Source: Ginkgo biloba
Taxonomy: Eukaryota > Plantae > Ginkgophyta
Length of the DNA stretch: 18,457 bases
Assembly: GCA_024626585.2 (NCBI GenBank)
Contig: JANKJI020000004.1
Coordinates: forward strand, 48,684,976-48,703,432
Direction: 5' to 3'
Shown: piece by piece, positions 9,954 through 18,457 of the stretch
How the letters are laid out: each line of letters opens with the position of its first letter
Numbering within the stretch: position 1 is the first letter of the stretch
The notes under the pieces: model-generated
Told to the model about the DNA's origin: nothing
What the model saw: the letters and a program-made list of their open reading frames with translations, nothing else
Databases searched by the model: none
Translations under genes and position numbers: made by a program

Positions 9954-10374
9954 TCTACCTATGAATGTCAGGTAGGTAGCAATTTGGTAATGTAATGGCT
10001 ACCTATACCAGTGGTGAAGGTAGCCTACCTTCAATACTTGCATTTTACATGCAACTAGCTACTTGCAACAATGATGTAGCTAGCTCAGACTAGCCACATG
10101 CAGCTGAGGTGGAGATAGCCTACTTGTATTTACATGAAAGTAGCTACCTACAACAATAATACAATTAGCATTGACTATATAAGAGTCTAGCTACAAAAGT
10201 GATGAGAGTAGCTCATACTGTGTAAATGCTACTTGCATCAAAGGAGTAGGTAAACTAATTGCATTTTCCTCACAAGCAACTACCTATAGCAATAATTAAG
10301 GTATCTCAAGTTCAAGCTATAGTTACCTGCACCAATCTTGTACATAAGTTGGTTGCATTGATGATGCAACTAGC
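9954..10374. repeat. Array of 13 imperfect 27-bp palindromes, consensus GCTACYTGCA-N7-TGCAGGTAGC
   Basis: Units start at 9954, 9998, 10033, 10058, 10093, 10119 (6-nt spacer), 10143, 10186, 10228, 10254, 10279, 10322 and 10348. Examples are GCTACCTATA-CCAGTGG-TGAAGGTAGC, GCTACTTGCA-ACAATGA-TGTAGCTAGC and GTTGGTTGCA-TTGATGA-TGCAACTAGC. Confidence 0.8.
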
Positions 10375-10665
10375 CACCTACCTGATATGCACCTTTAATT
10401 AATAATTTCAATCATCAACTATTTTTAATATTGTGATTAGTTGCAGCCATTGGGACTTTGATCCCTCTTGATGAATAAATACATTTGATGTTAATGAAGA
10501 AGTTAGGAAATTTTTCCATTGAAAATTAAGATCACTAAGGTGCCTTGGTTGGCTTTGAAGAGAATNNNNNNNNNNNNNNNNNNNNNNNNNNNNNNNNNNN
10601 NNNNNNNNNNNNNNNNNNNNNNNNNNNNNNNNNNNNNNNNNNNNNNNNNNNNNNNNNNNNNNNNN

Positions 10666-11976
10666 TAAGACCATTCAAAAGAATGAAAAACCATCCTTGT
10701 AGAAAGTATAACAAACTATAGAAAAAAATTACATCTTTGTAAACTAACCACAAAATTATTCTATGTTGAACCTAACAAAAATAACTCCATCCACAATGAC
10801 TTCCAAGAACTTGACAATGTCAACAATAATTTGATGAAGAATTTGCTTAAAAAATCTCCAGTTTAAATCGAAAAATACAAAATATCACTATTAATAATGA
10901 TAAGAATATCTCAGCTAGACACAGTTAAAGTTCATGGATTTATCTAAAAAAAATAATTATTAATCTTGGTTGATTTAAAAATGTACATAATTTCATTGAC
11001 ATCCAACATGTTAAAAGACTCGAGTTACACCTCAATGGACAAGAAAGTTTGCTAGTGTCAATCCCATGACAACACTTAACAATGTGTCAAAGGACAGTAG
11101 ACAATGTGCCAGTTCAAGTTGGAGAATACATACTCGATAAATTCTATACCTTTCCCATTAGCAACGTAGATGCAATAGTCGACATTCAATGGCTCCGCAC
11201 ATTAAGCTCCTATCTATCTAACTAGCATGAAAGTTTTATGGAAATTCAAACTAAATGGAGTATTATTTAAAACTAATGGTACACATGCAAAGAAAAACAC
11301 ATTTGTGGACCAAAAACAATTGAATAACACCACCAAAAAAATGCATATGGGATTCATGGCAAGAATGTACAAAACATACTTTAACCTTCCCAAGCAATAG
11401 ATCTAGATGATGAATTAATGAATGACGACAAAAAAGAAGGGCGTAAAACAGTGCTTGCTCATCAAAAGGATGTCAACCCACCATCACTACCAAACCTTCT
11501 CACACCAAAATAAAAAATAAAAGTCATCTATGACGTTTCCCACATAGCCAATGGAAATAAACAAACCATGCGTTAGATTGTACCACCGCCAACTGTGCCT
11601 AGCATCGACAAAGAATGTACAAATTCAAAAGGCATTCTCCACACACCTTCACAAGAATAGAGAACAAAGCATCCTTACAAGTACAAAATAAAGTGGAAAG
11701 ATAGACTTGAGAAAAACTCCTTTTCTACAATTGAACACTGTGCATGCTTTGAGGACAAAGCGTTTCAAGAAGGGTTGGCATGTTATGTCCCTAACCAACC
11801 ATAATTAAGGTTAATAAAAGGGTGCTCTCAAGATCTATAGAGATACCTATCACTTACATAAAGCATAAAGATTTCTCCACTAATCATCAAATACAATTAT
11901 TATTTTCTTCTTCTCCCATTATTCAGAAATATTATTTGATTAATGGGGAGGTAGAGGCACCCTAAGTTCTCATTTA
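10666..11976 (+). mobile_element. Internally deleted chromoviral Ty3/gypsy element: gag end - aspartic protease - integrase C-terminal tail/chromodomain - PPT - 3' LTR
   Basis: ~10680-10770 reads RMKNHPCRKYNKL*KK..HLCKLTTKLFYVE (gag-end knuckle-like). 10921-11280 reads TVKVHGFI*KK*LLILVDLK/VHNFIDIQHVKRLEL..VDNVPVQVGEYILDKFYTFPISNVDAIVDIQWLRTL..FMEI/FKLNG (retropepsin). 11510-11780 reads KVIYDVSHI..VPPPTVPSIDKE..ILHT..RTKHPYKYKIKWKDRLEKNS..FEDKAFQEG (IHDVFHVS tail, chromodomain, LEDK motif). The LTR starts TGTTATGTCCC at 11781 and runs into a gap. Confidence 0.8.
11767..11779 (+). promoter_or_regulatory. Degenerate polypurine tract (PPT) of the deleted chromovirus
   Basis: AAGAAGGGTTGGC lies directly after the EDKAF codons and 1 nt before the TGTT LTR start, the usual chromovirus arrangement. 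Confidence 0.65.
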
Positions 11977-12049
11977 NNNNNNNNNNNNNNNNNNNNNNNN
12001 NNNNNNNNNNNNNNNNNNNNNNNNNNNNNNNNNNNNNNNNNNNNNNNNN

Positions 12050-12272
12050 TATATAGATGACTTTTTAATGTATGTTGACACATTTGAAGAATCATTAAAG
12101 AAACTAAATTTCACATTATAGAAATGTGAACAAACACAGTTTCCTTGAGCAATGGCAAGTGTAATATGTTTTGCTTAAATGAAGGATTGCTCTTGGACAT
12201 TTGCTTTCTAACAATGGGATTGTAGTGGACCCAGCAAACATTGCTATCATCAAAAAGTTATTTCCACTAGAG
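12050..12272 (+). mobile_element. Ty3/gypsy RT core fragment (Athila/Tat-side, non-chromovirus-like)
   Basis: YIDDFLMYVDTFEESLKKLNFTL*KCEQT/VSLSNGKCNMF..EG/IALGHLLSNNGIVVDPANIAIIKKL contains the YxDD motif and the downstream motifs LSxEKC..EGIVLGH.IS..GI.VDPAKI. Confidence 0.85.
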
Positions 12273-12289
12273 ATCCCAGCAACATGGAG

Positions 12290-12900
12290 AAAGTGTCCCT
12301 TAGACACACCATACACCCAACGACATATTAGGCATTGTCCGAGGACCAGAACTACTGACTATCCTCCCTTACACCACACGAGGAGACACTCCACTAGGCA
12401 CATTAGAACGAACCCTTATTGAATTCCAAGACCTGGACCCAAGAGGTAGAGACTCATCACAAACTTCTTTTAGAGAGACACAATGGCCTTAGATAGTACG
12501 AGAGAGATAGATTCAAGTAAGGAAACTAATAATTGACCTCCCCATTAGCCCTAGAGCCATTCATGACCACACTATATAGAAGATCATTTAACAAGCTCTG
12601 GAAAACTACACAGTTGTGGAGGACCTATAATCATATCTCATACAAGCCCATTTGGTGTAAGTAGCAGTATGCAGACCCATTTCGTGTTAGTAGGCCCAAG
12701 GGATTAACCCTGACCACCTTTGCATGTATTCTATGTATTACTTTCCCATGTCTTATTTTATTATATTTCCTAGTTTCTTAGTTTTAGACTTGGAGTTGCT
12801 CACAACACTCCCTTGAATTTGTATTTGCATTCTCAATCCCATTGATAGCTTTTTAGTCACTACTGAACATTAACATACATTTCTATTTTCTATTTCTATT
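12290..12900 (+). mobile_element. Interspersed repeat family B, copy 1 (retrotransposon-derived, LTR-like or accessory-ORF tail)
   Basis: Collinear with 16580-17220: CCTTAGACACACCAT..GCATTGTCCGAGGACCA vs CCTTGGACACACCAT..GCATTGTCCAAGGACCA. ATCCTCCCTTAC, CCCATTAGCC..GAGCCAT, AAACTACACAGTT, CCATGTCTTATTT, CCCATTGAT and ACATTTCTATTT occur in the same order in both. Confidence 0.8.
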
Positions 12901-14283
12901 TCACATGGAATACCAGGTGCTTCTTTCTATGTGCGAACATCTGCAACTTGTAAGCTGCTTCATTTATCATTTTTGAAACATGGAATTGTCCGCAATACCT
13001 TTGAGAGAGTTGTGCACTTCTACCCATGGATAAGGAACTATTTGGCTTACTCTTAAATATACCATGCCTCCCACCTCAAAGACCTTGGTAATCTATGCTC
13101 GTCTCCATACAACATGGCATGCGCTTATACCCTTTATATATTCTGTCATGTGCCTAATTTACAAATGTTATTTTTTTAATTAGTAAGAAGAAAGAATAGA
13201 TGTAGGCGCCAAGATTTGAATGTGAATAGTAAGTTATTAGTCAATCATTTTTTAGAGTTTTCCCAACAGGACACCACTCTGTCTGTCTTGAAGCTCAAAA
13301 CTAGTCACTTAAAGATTTAAAGCCAAGAATAAAGTGATTTTACCAAGTCTTGAGGCTAAAAGCATAAAAAAGAAGACTTCTTTTTTTAATTCTAGGATTC
13401 CAAAAGCCAACAGGAAGAAAGGCAGATAATTGAGGAGAGATAGGACAAGTCTGGTCACATTGGAGTAGTTTTTCATTTCTCTATGATTGCATGACTTGCT
13501 GAGAGTGATTCGCCTAAGAATTAAAGAGCTTGGTCCCCTCTAAGGACTAATTCAATACGGTTTCCTATCTCTAATACAGTGAACTAAGGTTTCTAGGGAA
13601 GATTCGTACACTGTGACTCCGTTTTGATAAGTTGGGCTCAAATTGCATTTTCACTAGTGGCATTCTCCAGTACACATCCTCAATCGGTGAAGAATATCGC
13701 TCAAACATCTCTGTGAACGGATTAATCCAATTTTGTAGCTCAGTCGGCAATTCTATCATGCCATGTTTACCTCTGTTGCCAGAACTATGAAGCAATTGCT
13801 CTCTGTGCCAGCACTATAGGCAGATTATCCAGTTCATTCGACTAACTGAGCTCTAAAGTTTTGGTTATTGTGGTGAATCTTTTCTTGCAGCCATTATATT
13901 TCGTCCTGCACCAGCCTTTTATGGTAACTTTGGCTCAGAAACCCACTATGTAACACACAGTTTTAACCACCATTTTGTGATGACTACGCCCAACTCAAAT
14001 TCTTTGTTATGTTTCCATGCTCTGTAATGGTTGTTCGCAATGCCATCTCTATGAAGAAAACACTCAGATCAATCATTCAATAGTGCCTTCAAGTCAACTC
14101 TGTAACCTATTGTTGTCATCTCTATGAAAAAATCACCTAGTCTAGTCACCTAAGTCTGCTCAACATAAACGACATGTGGTGAATGTATCAGATCAGTAGA
14201 CGTCCGTATAGTACACAAATTTGAATCAACTGTGTAGAGTTGTGCAAAGACACTACTATAATGGAATTTTTTTCATATGTTAT

Positions 14284-14511
14284 TGTTAGCTGTTACTTAT
14301 GATATCCTACACTAACCACCTAGATCCAATGTTTAGTAGAATAATTTAATTTAGTTATTTGAATTACTCAATTTTTAGACCTAGATACTGTGTTCTTAAT
14401 GTTTTGACTCGTCTCAAGTCATTAGTTATACGGTCTCATAAGTATGGAAGTTTTGGGGATCATCAATTATTGTTTGTAGTAGTCCAGTTAATTATTGGAG
14501 GTGTCCTAACA
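14284..14511 (+). mobile_element. Short (228-bp) 5' LTR, Ty1/copia-like or TRIM-like
   Basis: Terminal inverted repeats TGTTAG (14284-14289) and CTAACA (14506-14511) are followed after 1 nt by a PBS, with an ATG at 14541-14543 just before a gap. Confidence 0.65.
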
Positions 14512-14512
14512 T

Positions 14513-14525
14513 TGATATCAGAGCC
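14513..14525 (+). promoter_or_regulatory. Primer-binding site for initiator tRNA-Met
   Basis: TGATATCAGAGCC is one transition away from the canonical plant iMet PBS TGGTATCAGAGCC and directly follows the LTR end ...AACA. Confidence 0.8.
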
Positions 14526-14729
14526 ATCAATTCTGCTACTATGNNNNNNNNNNNNNNNNNNNNNNNNNNNNNNNNNNNNNNNNNNNNNNNNNNNNNNNNN
14601 NNNNNNNNNNNNNNNNNNNNNNNNNNNNNNNNNNNNNNNNNNNAACTTTATTATTATGAAAATTGGCCAATATGATGGCAGTTTAGACTGAGTTGATATT
14701 ATGATAGAAACAAAAGACTTAGAAGGGTG

Positions 14730-15689
14730 ACGCAGGGTTTTCAATTGGGTTGCGTTGGATTTCTATGCAAAATTTTGCATCTTTTGAGATTTTGGGGAAA
14801 AGTGGTTCCATTGGGATTGCAAAAGGGAGACATTCTCCTCCACAAAGGTACTTGGTATCTTCATTGTTTATAGTTTTACCCGAGTACGTCTTTGAGTTTG
14901 TAAGCATTTTGCAAACCCTAATTTTATGTTATATCTAGAGATTAGCATATATTAATTTAATTTTCTAAAATCATACAGAAATCTATTTTTTTGTTTTAGG
15001 ACAATTTATAGTTGAAAACCCTAATATTTGAGAAATAGCTTATATAGAGTAGGGAGCCTCTAGTCAAGAGGTCAAGTGAGTCCATTTATGAATATTTAAT
15101 GCTTCCATCATGATGGATAAATGTAATATTAGTAGAAATATTATTTTATTTGAAACTATGCAAAGATATGACCACAGACTTATCTGGGGAAGTTTGGGTC
15201 CAGTCAAAAACTTGCTAGAGGATTGGATTCCCCAACTAAAGGAACCTTTGTTTAAGGAATATTTTGGCCCTAAGCATGCATATATTTAGGCTAACTAATA
15301 GTGGGTTGAAAGATACCCGATGAGAGTAGACTTATGTATCCTAATTACTCTGTTACTAGTTCCAAGGTCTATTGTTACAACCCTAGGGTTCATTGACCAT
15401 CCCAATTGTTTTTTGTTCTAGGGTTTGTTGTTGCAGAACAAGGGATTATCAATACCAAAAATTAATAAAAATAAGTAAACAAGTAGTACGGATTAATATC
15501 CTAGTTGCTACGGTTATCCTGGTGTCAAAGAGGAGTTGAAACAAACCTACACTTGGAACCCTTATTACTTTGGGGTTTATGGAGTCGAATCTAGCATATG
15601 GTTAATAGTTGTCAAAAGTTGATGGATAGCATGTTATGCACCAAAGGTTTGTTGCCCACATGGTAGGCCCTTTTAAGGGGTAGGCCCTT
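14730..15689. mobile_element. Probable long-LTR-derived non-coding segment
   Basis: There is no credible ORF. AAACCCTA motifs occur at ~14913, ~15016 and, in reverse, elsewhere, and a reverse-strand copy of the family-A motif (GGGTTGAAAGATACCC) lies at 15303-15318. Boundaries are not defined. Confidence 0.3.
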
Positions 15690-16579
15690 NNNNNNNNNNN
15701 NNNNNNNNNNNNNNNNNNNNNNNNNNNNNNNNNNNNNNNNNNNNNNNNNNNNNNNNNNNNNNNNNNNNNNNNNNNNNNNNNNNNNNNNNNNNNNNNNNNN
15801 NNNNNNNNNNNNNNNNNNNNNNNNNNNNNNNNNNNNNNNNNNNNNNNNNNNNNNNNNNNNNNNNNNNNNNNNNNNNNNNNNNNNNNNNNNNNNNNNNNNN
15901 NNNNNNNNNNNNNNNNNNNNNNNNNNNNNNNNNNNNNNNNNNNNNNNNNNNNNNNNNNNNNNNNNNNNNNNNNNNNNNNNNNNNNNNNNNNNNNNNNNNN
16001 NNNNNNNNNNNNNNNNNNNNNNNNNNNNNNNNNNNNNNNNNNNNNNNNNNNNNNNNNNNNNNNNNNNNNNNNNNNNNNNNNNNNNNNNNNNNNNNNNNNN
16101 NNNNNNNNNNNNNNNNNNNNNNNNNNNNNNNNNNNNNNNNNNNNNNNNNNNNNNNNNNNNNNNNNNNNNNNNNNNNNNNNNNNNNNNNNNNNNNNNNNNN
16201 NNNNNNNNNNNNNNNNNNNNNNNNNNNNNNNNNNNNNNNNNNNNNNNNNNNNNNNNNNNNNNNNNNNNNNNNNNNNNNNNNNNNNNNNNNNNNNNNNNNN
16301 NNNNNNNNNNNNNNNNNNNNNNNNNNNNNNNNNNNNNNNNNNNNNNNNNNNNNNNNNNNNNNNCACCAACATCTTCCTTTAATCTCATAGTCTACAAGGC
16401 ATCTAATTATGAAATGATCCTCCTTTCTCTGGCACTCTCCCCAAATACGAATGCGTGAGAGTCCACCACATAGCAATGTCAACAACAATAACAAGAGAGG
16501 AAAACGATGTTATGGACAAAGAGCCCTCCAATTTGAAATTTTGCTACGGCAAGCACAATGCTATTCTATGCAACGAGTT

Positions 16580-17220
16580 TTTATGCCCCTTGGACACACC
16601 ATGAACCCAACAAGACATCATGCATTGTCCAAGGACCAATATTTCTCCCCATCCTCCCTTACGGCACAAGAGCAGACACTTCTCCAAGCATCTTAGGAGG
16701 ATCCCTTACAGGATTCTGAGACAGACCCAGGAGAGAAAGACTTATCACCAACTTCTTTAGCAGAGATACAATGGCCATGGATGGTAGCGAAGACACAAAT
16801 CTGAGTGACGCAAATGGAAGTCAGCCTCCTTGACCCATAAAGACACAACCCATTAGCCTTGGAGCCATCGATGATCAGATTGCAAAGGAGATCATTCAAT
16901 AAACCCTGGCAAACTACACAGTTCTGGATGAATCGTATTCTTAACTCATACAGGCCCATTTGGCATTCGTAACACTATGTAGACCTTGGTGGCATTTATA
17001 GACTTGGATTGTGAATGGATTAACACTCACACTACCTTCACATGTATTTTATGTATCACTTTACCATGTCTTATTTGGTTTTATTGTATTCTTAGACTTA
17101 GATTTGGAATTGCTAATAGCGCTCCCTTGGAGTTGTATCACACATTCGTATTCTCATACCCATTGATCGCGTTATGGGCACTAGTGGACATTAATATACA
17201 TTTCTATTTCTATTTTTTAC
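16580..17220 (+). mobile_element. Interspersed repeat family B, copy 2
   Basis: Collinear with 12290-12900 in direct orientation and clearly diverged from it. It may extend leftwards to the gap at 16363. Confidence 0.8.
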
Positions 17221-17459
17221 TTCTAGTTGCCCTTACAACATTTGTTTCAATTGGTGATTTCTTCCTTTAGCACCATTTTGTTGATACTATATATCAATTT
17301 GTAGTGCCCAAGGGGTTGTAGCTTTGATATTTGATGTATATATTGAGGTAGTAGATATGATAGACATACTCGACACTATTTTATTACAAATGTGTGTAAT
17401 TTAATCCATCTATTCAAATCAACTTTATAATAAACAAGTGTTTTAAGTTTTCAATATGG

Positions 17460-18286
17460 TGTAGGTGCACCTACAAATAAAGGCAAGGGATTGTAACTAG
17501 AAGGGAAATCATCAAGTGTAAGATGAGTAAAGCTAGCCATGGCGGTCATCATAGGATCACTCTACATGCTATGAAGAATGCTTGACTTGTTTCATGAACT
17601 AAAACAAATGGATTGCTAGTACTATTATTGTTGATTTTGGCAAGCATAAAGAGTAACCAATCAAATGTCTTGTCACTTATAACTCAATAGGAAACCATTA
17701 AGGAATTAGTGATATAAGTTCCAAACGAACAAAGTTACACAAGTAAGGCTTCTAATCTAAGAGAATATAACATAAGGGAACAACCTAATTGTAGGCCTTG
17801 GGTACAACCCTAGGACTTATTATGCTAGCAAACAAACTCCCAATTATATCCTTAAGTAACCGTCAACACCTAGCAACTATGAGTACTGTACTAGACTCCA
17901 TACTTTCACCCAACAATCATAAGGGCGTAAGGCTCCAATTATCTTTCAATTCTTGCACTCTAGATACCTCCTAAGTCATGGTATCATTCAAACCTGGTAA
18001 CTTGAAAAGGTTCCTCACTTAGCTAGCAATATCATGAGCATTGATTCATTATCAAGTACACAACTACAGGCATTACCAATCCAAGATATATTTTCAACCC
18101 TATATAAATACACATGGATATCCTTTCAACCTAATGGCTAATAGTAAGATGGGTATCCTTTCAACCTAATAGCCATCAACCAAGCAAAAGTATCTTTTCA
18201 ACCCAATGACCAATACTAACATGGGTATACTTTCACCTTGATGGATAACAAAAAGAGGGTTTCCTTTCAACCGCATAGCCATTAAT
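17460..18286 (+). mobile_element. LTR-like repeat family A, copy 2 (interrupted on the right by another insertion)
   Basis: A possible TG terminus (TGTAGGTGCACC) lies at 17460. Positions 17788-18280 are homologous to 9085-9530, e.g. GTTCCTCACTTAGCTAGCAATAT vs GTTCCACCCTTAACTAACAATAT. Confidence 0.6.
18084..18272 (+). repeat. Degenerate tandem array, 6 units, 16-nt core GGGTATCCTTTCAACC, period 32-37 bp
   Basis: Cores start at 18084, 18116, 18151, 18188, 18223 and 18257 (spacings 32, 35, 37, 35, 34). Confidence 0.85.
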
Positions 18287-18457
18287 CTAAGTTACCAGAA
18301 TCCGCTCTCGGGGTCCCGTATCCCATATCCGAAACGTTTCAGATAGGGATACGCCTCAGAAACTCCTCATAAATGTTTCCCAGCTGTTTCCTGCCAGGAA
18401 GTAGCTGCTCCCTGCCAATTTTTTTCTTTTTTCTTATAATTATTTGAGGTATTATTA
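18287..18457. mobile_element. Probable end of a DNA transposon/MITE (hAT-like), running off the window
   Basis: The sequence switches abruptly to CpG-rich at CTAAGTTACCAGAATCCG. It has subterminal CGTATCC/GGATACG and GTTTCC motifs and a 37-bp near-perfect palindrome at 18317-18353. The other end and the TSD are not in the window. Confidence 0.45.

Noticed and set aside
9954-10374. CRISPR or integron-cassette interpretation of the palindrome array
   Set aside because: The spacers are 7 nt and recur as related classes, and no cassette ORFs, integrase or cas genes are present.
13201-13578. Solo LTR TGTAGGCGCC...TACA
   Set aside because: The termini are plausible but the flanks (ATAGA vs GTGAA) give no target-site duplication.
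15656-15689. CA-TGGTAGGCCC as LTR end plus PBS
   Set aside because: I cannot match it confidently to a plant cytosolic tRNA 3' end. GGTAGGCCCTT is also locally duplicated and abuts a gap.
1015-16494. Long 230-340 aa ORFs in the ORF track (1015-1947, 7532-8697, 15602-16494 etc.)
   Set aside because: They are open only because they run through N gaps and are almost entirely X.
16986-17270. 94-aa hydrophobic ORF resembling a membrane protein
   Set aside because: It arises from the T-rich tail of repeat family B, and the frame is not preserved in the homologous copy at ~12670-12900.
18084-18272. CRISPR-like appearance of the repeat/linker array
   Set aside because: The cores are only 16 nt and degenerate, the linkers are short and partly related to each other, there are no cas genes, and the context is a eukaryotic LTR-like repeat.

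Overview
This AT-rich, CpG-depleted window is eukaryotic. It is a draft scaffold with 13 N-gaps (about 2.9 kb of N, four of them exactly 100 N). It reads as part of a plant nuclear gene with very long, transposon-filled introns; a gymnosperm-type large genome is my inference. One clean host exon is visible (7445-7682, minus strand, AG/GT bounded) and encodes a TPR-like segment of the plant TRANK1-like/UvrD-helicase family. The rest is mostly decayed LTR-retrotransposon debris: several Ty3/gypsy pol and gag fragments of different lineages, an internally deleted chromovirus (gag-protease-chromodomain-PPT-LTR, lacking RT/RNaseH/integrase core), a short LTR with a tRNA-iMet PBS, two repeat families each present twice, and a probable DNA-transposon end at the right edge. 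The most unusual element is a ~420-bp array of 13 imperfect palindromes with 10-7-10 geometry and a three-unit higher-order pattern (9954-10374). I found no prokaryotic system, CRISPR array or RNA gene. All protein family calls are by-eye motif recognition, not database searches.
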